Source: Candidatus Latescibacterota bacterium
Lineage (GTDB): Bacteria > Latescibacterota > UBA2968 > UBA8231
Direction of reading: 5' to 3'
Assembly: GCA_965243025.1 (NCBI GenBank)
Contig: CBDETY010000003.1
Coordinates: 3,424,001 to 3,488,000, forward strand
Length of the DNA: 64,000 bases
Part shown: in pieces, positions 40,940 to 50,989 of the stretch
Numbering within the stretch: position 1 is the first letter of the stretch
Layout: each line of letters opens with the position of its first letter
The notes under the pieces: generated by a model
Database searches by the model: none
The model's input: only the letters and a program-made list of their open reading frames with translations
What the model was told of the DNA's origin: nothing
Made by a program: the position numbers and the translations under genes

Positions 40940-42043
40940 ATGAAACGCGTGTCGATCTACCTCCTAAGTGCAGCGATTGTCGTTGCCGCGATTTTCGTCT
41001 GCCTGTTCTTGCGTCCCGACATTGCATCCCGGGTCTTTTTCGGAACGGCTCCCCGACCAGTTGGGATGAAACTCAAGCAGGCTCACGACGTGCCCGCTGC
41101 AGACGAAAAGACCGCGGCCATCACAGCGGCTGCAAGGCTCTTTCTGGACTCGCTGGACGACAATCAGAGACAGGCGGCGACATATCGATTCAGCGACAAC
41201 GCACAGCGTTCGAACTGGTCGAACTTCCCCGAGGGCATGGTTCCGCGTGGCGGTGTAAAGCTCGGTGTTCTCTCCGAATCACAGCGGGCGAATCTCGACA
41301 AGCTCCTCGGGGAGCTCCTGAGTGAAGAGGGCGTCAGAAATATCACTTGGCAACTGGCCGCAGAGGACATGCTGATCCCGGGAGACCTGTCCGGCGTCAT
41401 GAAATACGGCAGTGAGTTTTTTTACGCTGCATTTCTCGGGGAACCGTCGACTGCAGAGCCCTGGATGTTTCAGTTCGGCGGGCACCACCTCGCAATAAAC
41501 GCCACAGTATTCGGAGCGAACGTTTCCTTTTCACCGATGCTGACCGGCGGCCAACCCCTGCACCTTCGCCATGACGGCGACGACATCTTCATCACGGAGA
41601 GGGAAACTGCGGCAGCGCAGGCGTTCATGAACAGCCTTGCGGACGATCAGATAGAGCAGGCCGTTCGTGCAGAGCAGCCCATCGACCTCTTGCTGGGGCC
41701 GGGAAAGTATGGCGCAACCGTTGCGCCGGAAGGCATCAGGGGCAGCGAACTTACAGTCTTGCAGAGAACGCTGCTGCTGTATGTGATCGAAGCCCGTCTG
41801 GGTTTCATGAACGATGACGACTATGCCGAAAAAATGAAGGCCGTGGAGGCCGGGATCGAGGACACATACTTTGGATGGTGGGGGCGGCAGGATGTCCCGG
41901 GCGCAGCGTATTTCCGCGTGACCGGCCCGTCCCTGGTGCTCGAATACGCGGTTCAGAACGGCGAAGGCCCCGTAGATCACGCCCACAGCATGTATCGCGA
42001 GCCTGACAACGACTACGGTTCCGCGTGGGTCGGGGCCGAATGA
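40940..42043 (+). CDS. DUF3500 domain protein (N-terminal membrane anchor)
   Basis: W.FQFGGHHLAIN, YFRVTGP, HAHSMYR.P.NDYG. Confidence 0.85.
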   Translation: MKRVSIYLLSAAIVVAAIFVCLFLRPDIASRVFFGTAPRPVGMKLKQAHDVPAADEKTAAITAAARLFLDSLDDNQRQAATYRFSDNAQRSNWSNFPEGMVPRGGVKLGVLSESQRANLDKLLGELLSEEGVRNITWQLAAEDMLIPGDLSGVMKYGSEFFYAAFLGEPSTAEPWMFQFGGHHLAINATVFGANVSFSPMLTGGQPLHLRHDGDDIFITERETAAAQAFMNSLADDQIEQAVRAEQPIDLLLGPGKYGATVAPEGIRGSELTVLQRTLLLYVIEARLGFMNDDDYAEKMKAVEAGIEDTYFGWWGRQDVPGAAYFRVTGPSLVLEYAVQNGEGPVDHAHSMYREPDNDYGSAWVGAE

Positions 42044-42143
42044 TCGAACGAGGCCGCTCATGTCTGCGTTCAGGAAGGCCGCGCCGTTGTTTCCCTTGAA
42101 ATTTGATTCTGACGATCCCGACCACCCCAGCGAAAGCCGAGCC

Positions 42144-43382
42144 ATGAACCGGACCGAACGGAACCGCCTGCACCCCCTCGAGGGAATCGAGCGCCAGAAC
42201 GTCTCCATCACCGGCCTCGAGGTCACCCTGCTCTCCTGCGAGTACCCGCCCGAGGAGCAGCTGCTCGTCGTGCGCAACGTCTGGTGGAAGTCCGACTCCA
42301 TCATCGTCCAGATCCACACCGACCAGGGAGTGACCGGCCTCGGCGGGGCCAGCCGCTACAACGGGGGCGGGTGCTGCCTGCCGGCGAAGCAATACCTCGA
42401 GGAGGTCGTCGGCCCCAGCCTGATCGGGAAGAACCCCTTCGACCTCGACCGCTTCGCCTGGGGCGGCGCCACCAGCATCGGGCGCTGCGCCTGGGCCGGA
42501 GCCGATGCCGCCCTCTTCGACCTCATCGGCAAGCTCACCGGCCGGCCGGTGTACGACCTGCTCGCCGTCGACGCCGAGCCGGATACGCGCCTGCGCGTGT
42601 ACGCCAGCGCCGGCGTCAAGTACGCCTGGTACGACCGCCCCGAGCAGCTGGTCGAAGAAGCCGCGGCCATGAAGGAGCAGGGGTTCACCGCCTACAAGTT
42701 CCGCCCCGGAACCGAGTGGGAGTTCAGCGGCATGACCGTCGACAAGTTCATCCCCTGGCTCGAGCGGGTACGCGCCGCGGTCGGGGACGGCTTCGACCTC
42801 GCCCTCGAGCTGCGCCCCTGGTCGCTGGAGGAGGCCCTGCAGCTCGCCCCCGTCCTCGAAGAGCTGCGCTTCACCTGGTTCGAGGAGCCGATGGACCGGC
42901 GGGGAGACGACGCCTTCGACCGCTACCTGCGGCTGCAGGAGGCGCTGCCGACGGTGATGATCTCGGGGGGCGAGTCCTGCTGGAACAGCCACGAGCTCAA
43001 GGAGTGGGTCGACCGCGGGGCCATCGAGATGCCGCAGCCGGACGCCGGCCGCATCGGCCTGATGGAAGCCTGGCGGGTGGTGCGCATGGCCGCCTCGCAC
43101 GGCAGGGTGTTCTGCCCCCACAACTGGGGGGACGGCAGCTGCACCCTCGCCAACGCCGCCCTCGTGGCGGCCAGCCCGAACGCGCTGATGCTGGAGCAGT
43201 TCGAGACCTGGGATCCGCTGCGCACCGAGATCTTCACCGACCCGCTGGTGGTGGTGGACGGGTACATGGACCTGCCGGACCGGCCCGGCTTCGGCATGGA
43301 GCTGGCGCCCGATCTCGAGAAGCGGTTTCCCTACAAGCCAGGGGGGTACAGCGCCCGCCCGAACCCGGTGATCTGCGGGTAG
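42144..43382 (+). CDS. Mandelate racemase/muconate lactonizing enzyme family protein
   Basis: TD.G.TGLG, WFEEP, GGES, QPD, PHNW, PDRPGFG. Confidence 0.9.
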   Translation: MNRTERNRLHPLEGIERQNVSITGLEVTLLSCEYPPEEQLLVVRNVWWKSDSIIVQIHTDQGVTGLGGASRYNGGGCCLPAKQYLEEVVGPSLIGKNPFDLDRFAWGGATSIGRCAWAGADAALFDLIGKLTGRPVYDLLAVDAEPDTRLRVYASAGVKYAWYDRPEQLVEEAAAMKEQGFTAYKFRPGTEWEFSGMTVDKFIPWLERVRAAVGDGFDLALELRPWSLEEALQLAPVLEELRFTWFEEPMDRRGDDAFDRYLRLQEALPTVMISGGESCWNSHELKEWVDRGAIEMPQPDAGRIGLMEAWRVVRMAASHGRVFCPHNWGDGSCTLANAALVAASPNALMLEQFETWDPLRTEIFTDPLVVVDGYMDLPDRPGFGMELAPDLEKRFPYKPGGYSARPNPVICG

Positions 43383-43465
43383 GCTCGGATTGTAAAGGAC
43401 TGCGGACACCCCATGTGCGGCGGAAACTCACCCTGCCGGGTCGAGCCCCGGCGCGACCCGATTCC

Positions 43466-44413
43466 ATGGCGCACCCCGTGACCCCCGCATCAACCACACC
43501 GCGCGTCCTCGTCCTCGGCGGCATCAACATGGGGCTGATCACCCGCGCCGAAACCCTGCCGGGCCCCGGCGAAACCCTGCGCGGCGAGCGCTTCTACAGC
43601 TCCCCCGGCGGCAAGGGGGCGACCCAGGCGGTGGCCGCCTCCCGCCAGGGCGCCCGCGTCAAGATGGTGGGCCGCGTCGGCGACGACCTCTTCGGCCCCG
43701 CCCTTCTCGAATCCCTGCGCTCGCACCGGGTCGACACCGCCGGCGTCGCCGTCGATCCGGAAGCTGCGTCCGGGGTCGGCGTCATCCTCGTCGACGGCAG
43801 CGGCCAGAACCGGGTCCTGGCGACCTACGGCGCCAACCTGCGCTGCGGGGAGGAGCAGTCGCTGGCGGTCGAGGCCGCCCTGCCGGAGACCGACGTCCTG
43901 CTGTTGCAGATGGAGATCCCTCTCGACCTGTCCCTGCGGGCCGCGAGAGCCGCCAGGGACCGGAACGTCCGCGTCATCCTCGACCCGGCCCCGGCTGCCG
44001 ACATCCCGGCGGACGCCTTCGCGGCGTTCGATATCATCGCGCCGAACCAGACGGAAGCGGAGTATCTTGTCGGCGTCGCCGTCGACGGGGTGGAGTCGGC
44101 CGCTCGAGTCGCCGGCCTGCTTCTCGAACGGGGGGCACCTGCCGCGGTGATAAAGATGGGGGAGCTGGGAGCCTGTTACAGGAGCGGCGGCGAGGTGGGG
44201 TTCGTCCCTCCCTTCGCGGTCGAAGCGGTCGACACCACCTCGGCGGGAGACGCCTTTCACGGCGCCCTCGCGGTGGCCCTGGCGGAAGGCAGGACCTTGA
44301 GGGAGGCCGTCACCTTCGCCGCCGCCGCCGGAGCCCTGGCGGTCACCCGGCCCGGCGTGCAGGACTCGATGCCGCGGCGCGCCGAAGTCGAGGAGCTGCT
44401 CGCCCGGGGGTAG
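43466..44413 (+). CDS. rbsK: Ribokinase-like PfkB sugar kinase
   Basis: GGKGA.QA, GRVGDD.FG, LDPAPA, PNQTEA, DTTSAGDAF. Confidence 0.8.
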   Translation: MAHPVTPASTTPRVLVLGGINMGLITRAETLPGPGETLRGERFYSSPGGKGATQAVAASRQGARVKMVGRVGDDLFGPALLESLRSHRVDTAGVAVDPEAASGVGVILVDGSGQNRVLATYGANLRCGEEQSLAVEAALPETDVLLLQMEIPLDLSLRAARAARDRNVRVILDPAPAADIPADAFAAFDIIAPNQTEAEYLVGVAVDGVESAARVAGLLLERGAPAAVIKMGELGACYRSGGEVGFVPPFAVEAVDTTSAGDAFHGALAVALAEGRTLREAVTFAAAAGALAVTRPGVQDSMPRRAEVEELLARG

Positions 44414-44657
44414 TCCCCTGCCGCCAGAATGTTCAAAGATGGTTGGCCCGGGACCGAGAGGGCGAGCGCCCCCAGGCTGCCGTTCTGCATTTGCCGCTGG
44501 CTGGGCGCGCGAGATCGACATCCGCCGCGCTGGACCCACCGGCCGCGCGGGAGGCCCCTTTGCCACGACCCAACGGAAAAATGCCGGCCGGAAGGTCAGC
44601 AGGCTGCCGGGGGGAGGGTCTTACGAGGCCCGACGTCCCAGGCCGGCGAGAGAATGG

Positions 44658-44692
44658 ATCCGGCCGAAGGGAATCCGGCCGAAGGGAATCCG
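44658..44692 (+). repeat. 15 bp tandem repeat (2.3 copies)
   Basis: ATCCGGCCGAAGGGA x2 plus ATCCG, intergenic. Confidence 0.7.
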
Positions 44693-44713
44693 CCCTTCTA
44701 CCCCCGGCAGCGA

Positions 44714-45145
44714 TCATTTCTTCGTCCCCTCTCCGGAAAATTCGACGAAGACGGGCACCTTTTTCTTCACTGACAGATCGGACGCCTCAGCGAATCCCTC
44801 CATCACTTCTTCATAGGTGGCGCCGTACTGGAGGGGAACCACCTGCGCCGAACCACTCAAAGCGGGCATGTGTCCGCAGGTGACGGTGACCGTGATTGGC
44901 GTATAAATCCCGGCAGTCAATCCGGCCACCACCTGATTGAGGAAGGAATGCCGCGTTTCGACCACTGCGACACCCCTGGGACACACCTTTTCCGCCTGGA
45001 CCACCTGCGGAGGGATCAGGCCGAATACCCAACTGTGCACCCATTGGGAATGCTTGTCGAAGGACGGGGCAAACCCGGTTTCGACCGTCGCCCGGTAGCA
45101 GCCGGCAGTCAGAAACAGGGCGGCAAGGCCAATTCTGAACCACAT
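44714..45145 (-). CDS. Bor/Iss-like lipoprotein
   Basis: Lipobox TAGC; W.FGLIPP, CP.GVA.VET..SFLN, T.GIYTP.TV.V.C. Confidence 0.7.
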   Translation of the reverse strand: MWFRIGLAALFLTAGCYRATVETGFAPSFDKHSQWVHSWVFGLIPPQVVQAEKVCPRGVAVVETRHSFLNQVVAGLTAGIYTPITVTVTCGHMPALSGSAQVVPLQYGATYEEVMEGFAEASDLSVKKKVPVFVEFSGEGTKK

Positions 45146-45644
45146 TGGAAGCTTTTGAGTTTGAAGGGATCCGGGAGTTCCACGAGAGGGGGGCCCGATT
45201 CTTCAGTGCCGAGGCTGGATGCCTCGGGGAACCACTCCATTACTACCGGGGATCGAAAAAAGGGGCCTGCAGCTGGTCCCTCCGCGCCACCTGGTCAGGA
45301 TCGCGGCACTTCAGGCTTTCCCCCCAGACTGCAGACCCTTCAGGCGCAGGTTTCCCGCGGAATGCGAGTCACCCGAGTAAAACCGGTTCCAGAGGAAGCA
45401 TGCATATCCTTGTTGAAGGCTACCGGGGGAGAGTGAACCCGTGCTATGGGCACTTGCGGAAGGTGGGGTCCACTCGGGGAAACCGAAAAGGCGGCACGTG
45501 TTTCCCTTTTTCCCCCGGTAGGAGCAGGCTGCCGGGGCGTGATTCCTTGAGGACAACGGGCCGGCGGGAAAGGATTACCCATCCATCGACCTCTACCCTT
45601 CACCACCCCGGCAGATTGCGATCTTCTCTTGCAATCGGTGCAAT

Positions 45645-45950
45645 TCACGAGGGATGTCCTACTGCTTTGGTTAGTTGTGTCCCTACGGCAAACATCCCCA
45701 AGCCTGTGAAGGCAAATCCAACCAGTTTTTTAGCGCCCCCGTTCGGTTCTTCCAATCCCAACAGGTAGGCGATCACAACAAACCCGCACCAGACCCAACA
45801 AGTGATTCCGCCTGCCAAAAACCCGACTCGCCAAAACGCAGATTCTTTAAATCGAGGTCTGGTTTTCAGGTAGATCGTCAATCCGGTCAGAATGATGATT
45901 GCCGCCACGACTTGCGAAGTAACTGCGAGAACCAGAACACTCACCTGAGA
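45645..45950 (-). CDS. Small membrane protein (start uncertain)
   Basis: Three hydrophobic segments in the ORF 45645-46133. Confidence 0.4.
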   Translation of the reverse strand, partial: SQVSVLVLAVTSQVVAAIIILTGLTIYLKTRPRFKESAFWRVGFLAGGITCWVWCGFVVIAYLLGLEEPNGGAKKLVGFAFTGLGMFAVGTQLTKAVGHPS

Positions 45951-46709
45951 CAACCCCCACTCCCGTGGAAATCGAAGGCATTCGCAGGCTACCGGGGGGG
46001 GAGGATTTTCCCCCACCGAGGGAACCGGGGAACAGGTTGAATACCCGGTTGCCCTCGATACTTCATCCTCTCGCCCCCGGTAGCGGCAAATGGACTGCCG
46101 GGAGGTTCTGGCCAACAGGCCGGCCGCCGACACGGAAGAAAGAACCGACCTGCAGAGCCTCGCCTCGCTTCACCCCCCGGCAGCCAGTTGGGGATCTTCA
46201 GTCACACGGTGCTTGCACAGCCACGGGTCCCCTCCTACCGTTCGCGGCCACCACTCTCCGGGTCGGACCGGCGGGCATGCTTCCTGTTTGCCGTCCTCTT
46301 CCGGGGTCGCCGGAAACCGCGAAGGAGCAGCAGCCCGGGAGAGATCCCCGTCGGGATCCTCCGTCCGGACATGGGCGCCGTCGCCGTTCGTGAGTACAGC
46401 GGAAGTCATGGAAGTTTCGTCTCCTTGCCAGCCGCCCCACCTGCCGGTATAAACAGATCCCCGCTCCGGGGTTATACCGGACATCGGAGGGACACGCGAC
46501 CTGTGCAGATAACGACAGCAAAAAACGGGTGACAATGAAGGCCTTATCGATGATATTTCAGTGACTTTTTCGAACTTTTGGCCTGTCATGGCTCGACACG
46601 GGTATAGTGGCCCCGATTCGGGGCGAACGACTCCATCGCCCCCTGCGGCGTCCGGCCGAGCCTGACGACGGGGAAAACCCGCGAACTCGGTTCATTTCGG
46701 GGTGAGACG

Positions 46710-49067
46710 ATGACTGAAACCGACAAGCGCGATCAGGAGATATCCGAGCTGCGGGACCGCCTGTCCCGCCTGAGCGAGGCCGGCCTGCGCATCAACGAGA
46801 GCCTCGATCTGGATACGGTTTTGCAGGGGATTCTGGACAGCGCCCGGGAGCTGACCGACGCCGGCTACGGCGTGATAGCCACCTCTGACGATTCAGGGCG
46901 GGTGGAAGACTTCATTGCCTCCGGCATGACTGTCCGGGAGTCGCAGCATCTACGGGAGAAGACCCGGGAGGAGAAGTTCTGCCGCATTCCAGGACCCCGA
47001 AGAGTCCGGGACTTTGCCAGCTACACCCGGTTGCTGGGTATCCCCGAATTCCGCCCGCCAATGGAGATGGGATCATTCCTGGCGGCCCCGATTCGCCACC
47101 AGGACGAGTGGAAGGGCAACATCTACCTCGCCAAGAAGGAACCCGGAAAGAATTTCAGCCGGGAGGACGAGGGGATCCTGGCGATGTTCGCGTCTCAGGC
47201 GGCCCTGGCAATAGCCAACGCCCACCGCTACCGGGAGGAGCGCCGGGCAAAGGCCGATCTGGAAACGCTGATCGACACTTCACCGGTGGGGGTAATTGTC
47301 TTCGACGCCCGGACCGGCGTCCCGGTGTCGTACAACCGGGAAGCGGGAAGAATCGTCAACGGCCTGCGCAGTCCGAACCAGTCGAAGGAGCAGCTGCTCG
47401 AGGTGGTTACCTTCCGCCGCGCGGACGGGCGCGAGATCTCCCTTGAGGAGTTCCCCCTGGCGCAGGCGCTGAGCATCGGGGAGACGGTCCGCGCCGAGGA
47501 GATCGTCATCCAGGTCCCGGACGGCCGCTCGGTCACCACACTGATCAACGCCACACCGATCCGCTCGGAGGAGGGTGAGGTGGAGTCGGTGGTCGTGACC
47601 ATGCAGGACATGACGGCCCTGGAGGAACTGGAGCGGTTGCGGGCCGAGTTCCTCGGCATGGTCAGCCACGAGCTGCGGGTCCCGCTGACCTCGATCCGGG
47701 GCTCGGCGAGCGCCCTCCTGGACGCCTCGTCCGACCTCGACCCGGCGGAGATGCGCCAGTTTTTCCTGATCATCCTGCAGCAGGCGGACAGCATGCGGGA
47801 GCTGATCGGGGACCTTCTCGACGTTGCGCGTATCGAGACCGGCACGCTGCCGGTAACACCCGAACCCGCCGAAATCGCAGACATGGTCGACCGGGCAAGG
47901 AACACCTTCCTGAGCGGCGGGGGCAGGAACCCTCTCGACATCGACCTCCCCACGGACCTGCCGCTGGTTATGGCGGACAAGAGGCGCATCGTCCAGGTCC
48001 TGGGCAACCTGCTGTCAAACGCGGCCAGACACTCTCCGGAATCGTCCGCCATCCGCGTTACCGCCGTCAGGGAGAACCTCCACGTCGCGGTATCCGTCAC
48101 CGACCAGGGCAGGGGGATTTCCCCGGAGCGGATACCGCACCTGTTCAGAAAGTTCGTCGCCGGGGGCGGGGAGGGAGAGCGGGAGCCTGACGGGTCCGGG
48201 ATGGGCCTTGCCATCTGCAAGGGTATACTGGAAGCCCTCGGGGGCCGCATCTGGGCCGAAAGCGGCGGTCCCGGAACGGGCGCCCGGTTCACCTTCACGA
48301 TCCCGGCGGTCGAAGAGGCCGAAACCGTCCCGCCCCCATACTCCCGGCGCTCCCGGAAGAACGCGCGGGAGAGGGCGCGCATCCTCGTGGTGGACGACGA
48401 CCCGCAGACGCTCAGGTACGTGCGGAATGCGCTCTCCAGAGCGAGCTACGAACCGATAGTGAGCGCCGACCCCAAGGAGGCGCTCCTGCTCATGCAGGAG
48501 AACCGGCCTCACCTGGTCCTGCTGGACCTGGTGTTGCCCGGAACCGACGGCATCGTGTTGATGGGGGACCTCCATGCCATGGCCGACGTGCCTGTCATTT
48601 TCCTGTCGGGCTACGGAAGGGATGAAATCATCGCACAGGCCTTCGAGAAAGGGGCCGCCGACTACATCGTCAAGCCCTTCTCCCCTACGGAGCTGGTGGC
48701 CAGGGTCCGGGCTGCCCTGCGCAGGGGCGAGGTCGGCAGGGAGGCCGAACCGACCGAACCCTATGTGCTGGGCGACCTGACGGTCGACTACTCCGAGCGC
48801 CGCGTGACCGTGGCCGGCCGTACGCTGAAGCTGACCCCGGCGGAGTACGACCTGCTGTTCGAGCTTTCGGTCAACGCCGGACGGGTGGTGCCTCACCATC
48901 AACTGCTGCGAAGGATCTGGGGGCCGGGGCATTCCGGGGACATGCGTCCGGTCCGCACCCTCGTCAAGAGACTGCGCCGCAAGCTCGGCGAGGACGCCGC
49001 CAACCCCACCTACCTCTTTGCCGAACCGCGCGTGGGCTACCGCATGCCCGAGGGACAGAAACCGTGA
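46710..49067 (+). CDS. Hybrid sensor kinase-response regulator: GAF-PAS-HisKA-HATPase-REC-OmpR wHTH
   Basis: SHELRVPL, NLLSNA, DQGRG, GSGMGL, LVVDDD, LLDLVLP, KPF, LRRKLGED..NPTYL..EPRVGY. Confidence 0.9.
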   Translation: MTETDKRDQEISELRDRLSRLSEAGLRINESLDLDTVLQGILDSARELTDAGYGVIATSDDSGRVEDFIASGMTVRESQHLREKTREEKFCRIPGPRRVRDFASYTRLLGIPEFRPPMEMGSFLAAPIRHQDEWKGNIYLAKKEPGKNFSREDEGILAMFASQAALAIANAHRYREERRAKADLETLIDTSPVGVIVFDARTGVPVSYNREAGRIVNGLRSPNQSKEQLLEVVTFRRADGREISLEEFPLAQALSIGETVRAEEIVIQVPDGRSVTTLINATPIRSEEGEVESVVVTMQDMTALEELERLRAEFLGMVSHELRVPLTSIRGSASALLDASSDLDPAEMRQFFLIILQQADSMRELIGDLLDVARIETGTLPVTPEPAEIADMVDRARNTFLSGGGRNPLDIDLPTDLPLVMADKRRIVQVLGNLLSNAARHSPESSAIRVTAVRENLHVAVSVTDQGRGISPERIPHLFRKFVAGGGEGEREPDGSGMGLAICKGILEALGGRIWAESGGPGTGARFTFTIPAVEEAETVPPPYSRRSRKNARERARILVVDDDPQTLRYVRNALSRASYEPIVSADPKEALLLMQENRPHLVLLDLVLPGTDGIVLMGDLHAMADVPVIFLSGYGRDEIIAQAFEKGAADYIVKPFSPTELVARVRAALRRGEVGREAEPTEPYVLGDLTVDYSERRVTVAGRTLKLTPAEYDLLFELSVNAGRVVPHHQLLRRIWGPGHSGDMRPVRTLVKRLRRKLGEDAANPTYLFAEPRVGYRMPEGQKP

Positions 49068-49181
49068 CCGTGGGAAGCCGGGGCTTGCAGACGCCGCGGC
49101 GGCGGGGCTCCGGCGCGGCCGGTGTCGAACAGCCGCGCGTCCGGGTCGAGCCCCGTTTTCGGGTTTCCGCGAACCCCCGCC

Positions 49182-50501
49182 CTACCCGCCGTAGACCAGG
49201 CGGGGCAGCCACAGGGCGATGCCGGGAAAGGCCAGCACCAGGCCCAGGCCTATAAGCTGCAGAACGATGAAGGGCAGGACCCCCGCGAAGATGTCCTGCA
49301 GACTGATCCCGGGGGGCGCCACCCCTTTCAGGTAGAAGGCGGCCGGGCCGAAGGGCGGGGACAGGTAGGAGACCTGCATGTTCATGCAGAACAGCACCCC
49401 GAACCAGACCGGGTCGTACCCGAGGGCAACGACGATCGGCACGAAGATCGGCACCGTGAGCAGGAGGATGCCGACCCAGTCCATGAACAGGCCCATGACG
49501 ACGAGGATGCCCATCATGACGGCGATGACGAACACCGGGTCGAGCTCGAGCCCGGTGACCGCGGAGCGGACGAAGCGCATCCCGCCGAGGAGGTTGTACA
49601 CCCCGATCAGCGCCGTGGCCCCGAAGGTCAGCCACAGCAGCATGCCGCAGGTGTTCATCGTCTGCCGGATCGACTCGCGCACGACTTTCCAGGACAGCTC
49701 CCTGCGCACCAGGGCGGCGGCGAGGGTGCCGACGACTCCCATGCCCGCCGCCTCGCTTACCGAGGCGATGCCTGCATATATGCTGCCGAGCACCCAGGCG
49801 GCCACCGTCAGTGGCAGGACGAGGTCCTTGAAGAGGGCGAGCTTCTCCCTGACCGGCATGTCCCGCTCCTCCGGCGGGGCCGGCGGCCCGAGCCGCGGGT
49901 TGAGGTTGCAGCGCACCAGGATGTAGAACAGGTAGAGCCCGGCGAGGACGAAGGCCGGGGCGATGGTCGCCAGGAACAGGTCGCCGATGGGGACGTTGGC
50001 GGTCAGACCGTAGATGATCAGCACCACGCTCGGGGGGATCATCGTGCCGAGCGAGCCCCCGGCGCATATGGTGCCGATGGCGATGTTCTTGTTGTACCCC
50101 AGGCGCAGCATCTGCGGCAGGGCGATCATCCCGAGGAGGACGATCTCCCCCCCGATGATTCCCGTCATCGCCGCCATGATCATCGCCGCCAGCAGGGTCT
50201 GCACCGCGAGGCCTCCGCGCAGGCCCCCGGCCCACACGTGCATGGCCCGGTAGAGGTCGCGGGCGACGCCGGTGCGCTCCATGAGCGAGGCCATCAGGAT
50301 GAACATCGGCACCGCCACGAGGACGTACTCGCTCATGAAGCTGTAGATGCGGCTCGAGATCAGGCCGAGCACAACCGGGCCGAACTTCAGCAGTCCGACC
50401 GTAACCGCGACCGCCCCGGTGACGAACGCCAGGGGCAGGCCCATGACCAGCAGCGCCGCCATCGCCAGGACGATGACGAGGGTCAGCAGGCCGATGTCCA
50501 T
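49182..50501 (-). CDS. dctM: TRAP transporter large permease
   Basis: AVPMFILM, GSLGTMIPPS, SPPFG, ~12 TM. Confidence 0.9.
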   Translation of the reverse strand: MDIGLLTLVIVLAMAALLVMGLPLAFVTGAVAVTVGLLKFGPVVLGLISSRIYSFMSEYVLVAVPMFILMASLMERTGVARDLYRAMHVWAGGLRGGLAVQTLLAAMIMAAMTGIIGGEIVLLGMIALPQMLRLGYNKNIAIGTICAGGSLGTMIPPSVVLIIYGLTANVPIGDLFLATIAPAFVLAGLYLFYILVRCNLNPRLGPPAPPEERDMPVREKLALFKDLVLPLTVAAWVLGSIYAGIASVSEAAGMGVVGTLAAALVRRELSWKVVRESIRQTMNTCGMLLWLTFGATALIGVYNLLGGMRFVRSAVTGLELDPVFVIAVMMGILVVMGLFMDWVGILLLTVPIFVPIVVALGYDPVWFGVLFCMNMQVSYLSPPFGPAAFYLKGVAPPGISLQDIFAGVLPFIVLQLIGLGLVLAFPGIALWLPRLVYGG

Positions 50502-50989
50502 CAGCCGCCCTCCCTGTCCCGCAGGACGCGCCACAACTGCGCCAGGCCCTGGAGGATCATCAGGCCCACCCCGGCGGCGAGAAGCGTCTTCAGGGTCACC
50601 GGGATCGGCAGGTCGGAGGCGGTGCCGGTGCGCTCCATGACCGCCAGCGACTTGCCCGCCTGCACCGCGGCCCCGTACAGCAGGGCAGAGAGGAAATAGA
50701 GGGCGATCAGCAGGTTGACCACCGTCAGCAGGCGCCGTCCGCGGGCCGGCAGCATGTCGAACACGAGGCTGATGCGGATGTGGTCCTTCCGCTGCAGGGT
50801 GTAGGAGCCGGCGATGATGAAGGCCGCAGCGGTCAGGAAGATGCTGACTTCGTGCACCCAGGTGGTGGGGGCGTTGAAGAAGTAGCGCAGAATGACCTCG
50901 TAGAAGGTCAGCGCCACCGCGGCGAGGAATACCAGACTGGTCGCCTCGCCGATGCCGCGGACTGCCCGGTCCAGCCGGGGCTCGCTCAC
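50501..50989 (-). CDS. dctQ: TRAP transporter small permease
   Basis: EVILRYFFNAPT.WVHE, HIRI, 4 TM; GTG start overlaps the dctP stop. Confidence 0.85.
   Translation of the reverse strand: MSEPRLDRAVRGIGEATSLVFLAAVALTFYEVILRYFFNAPTTWVHEVSIFLTAAAFIIAGSYTLQRKDHIRISLVFDMLPARGRRLLTVVNLLIALYFLSALLYGAAVQAGKSLAVMERTGTASDLPIPVTLKTLLAAGVGLMILQGLAQLWRVLRDREGG

Noticed and set aside
42284-43465. Long N-terminal extension on the ribokinase (709 aa ORF)
   Set aside because: Arg/Pro-rich alternative frame overlapping the enolase-family gene
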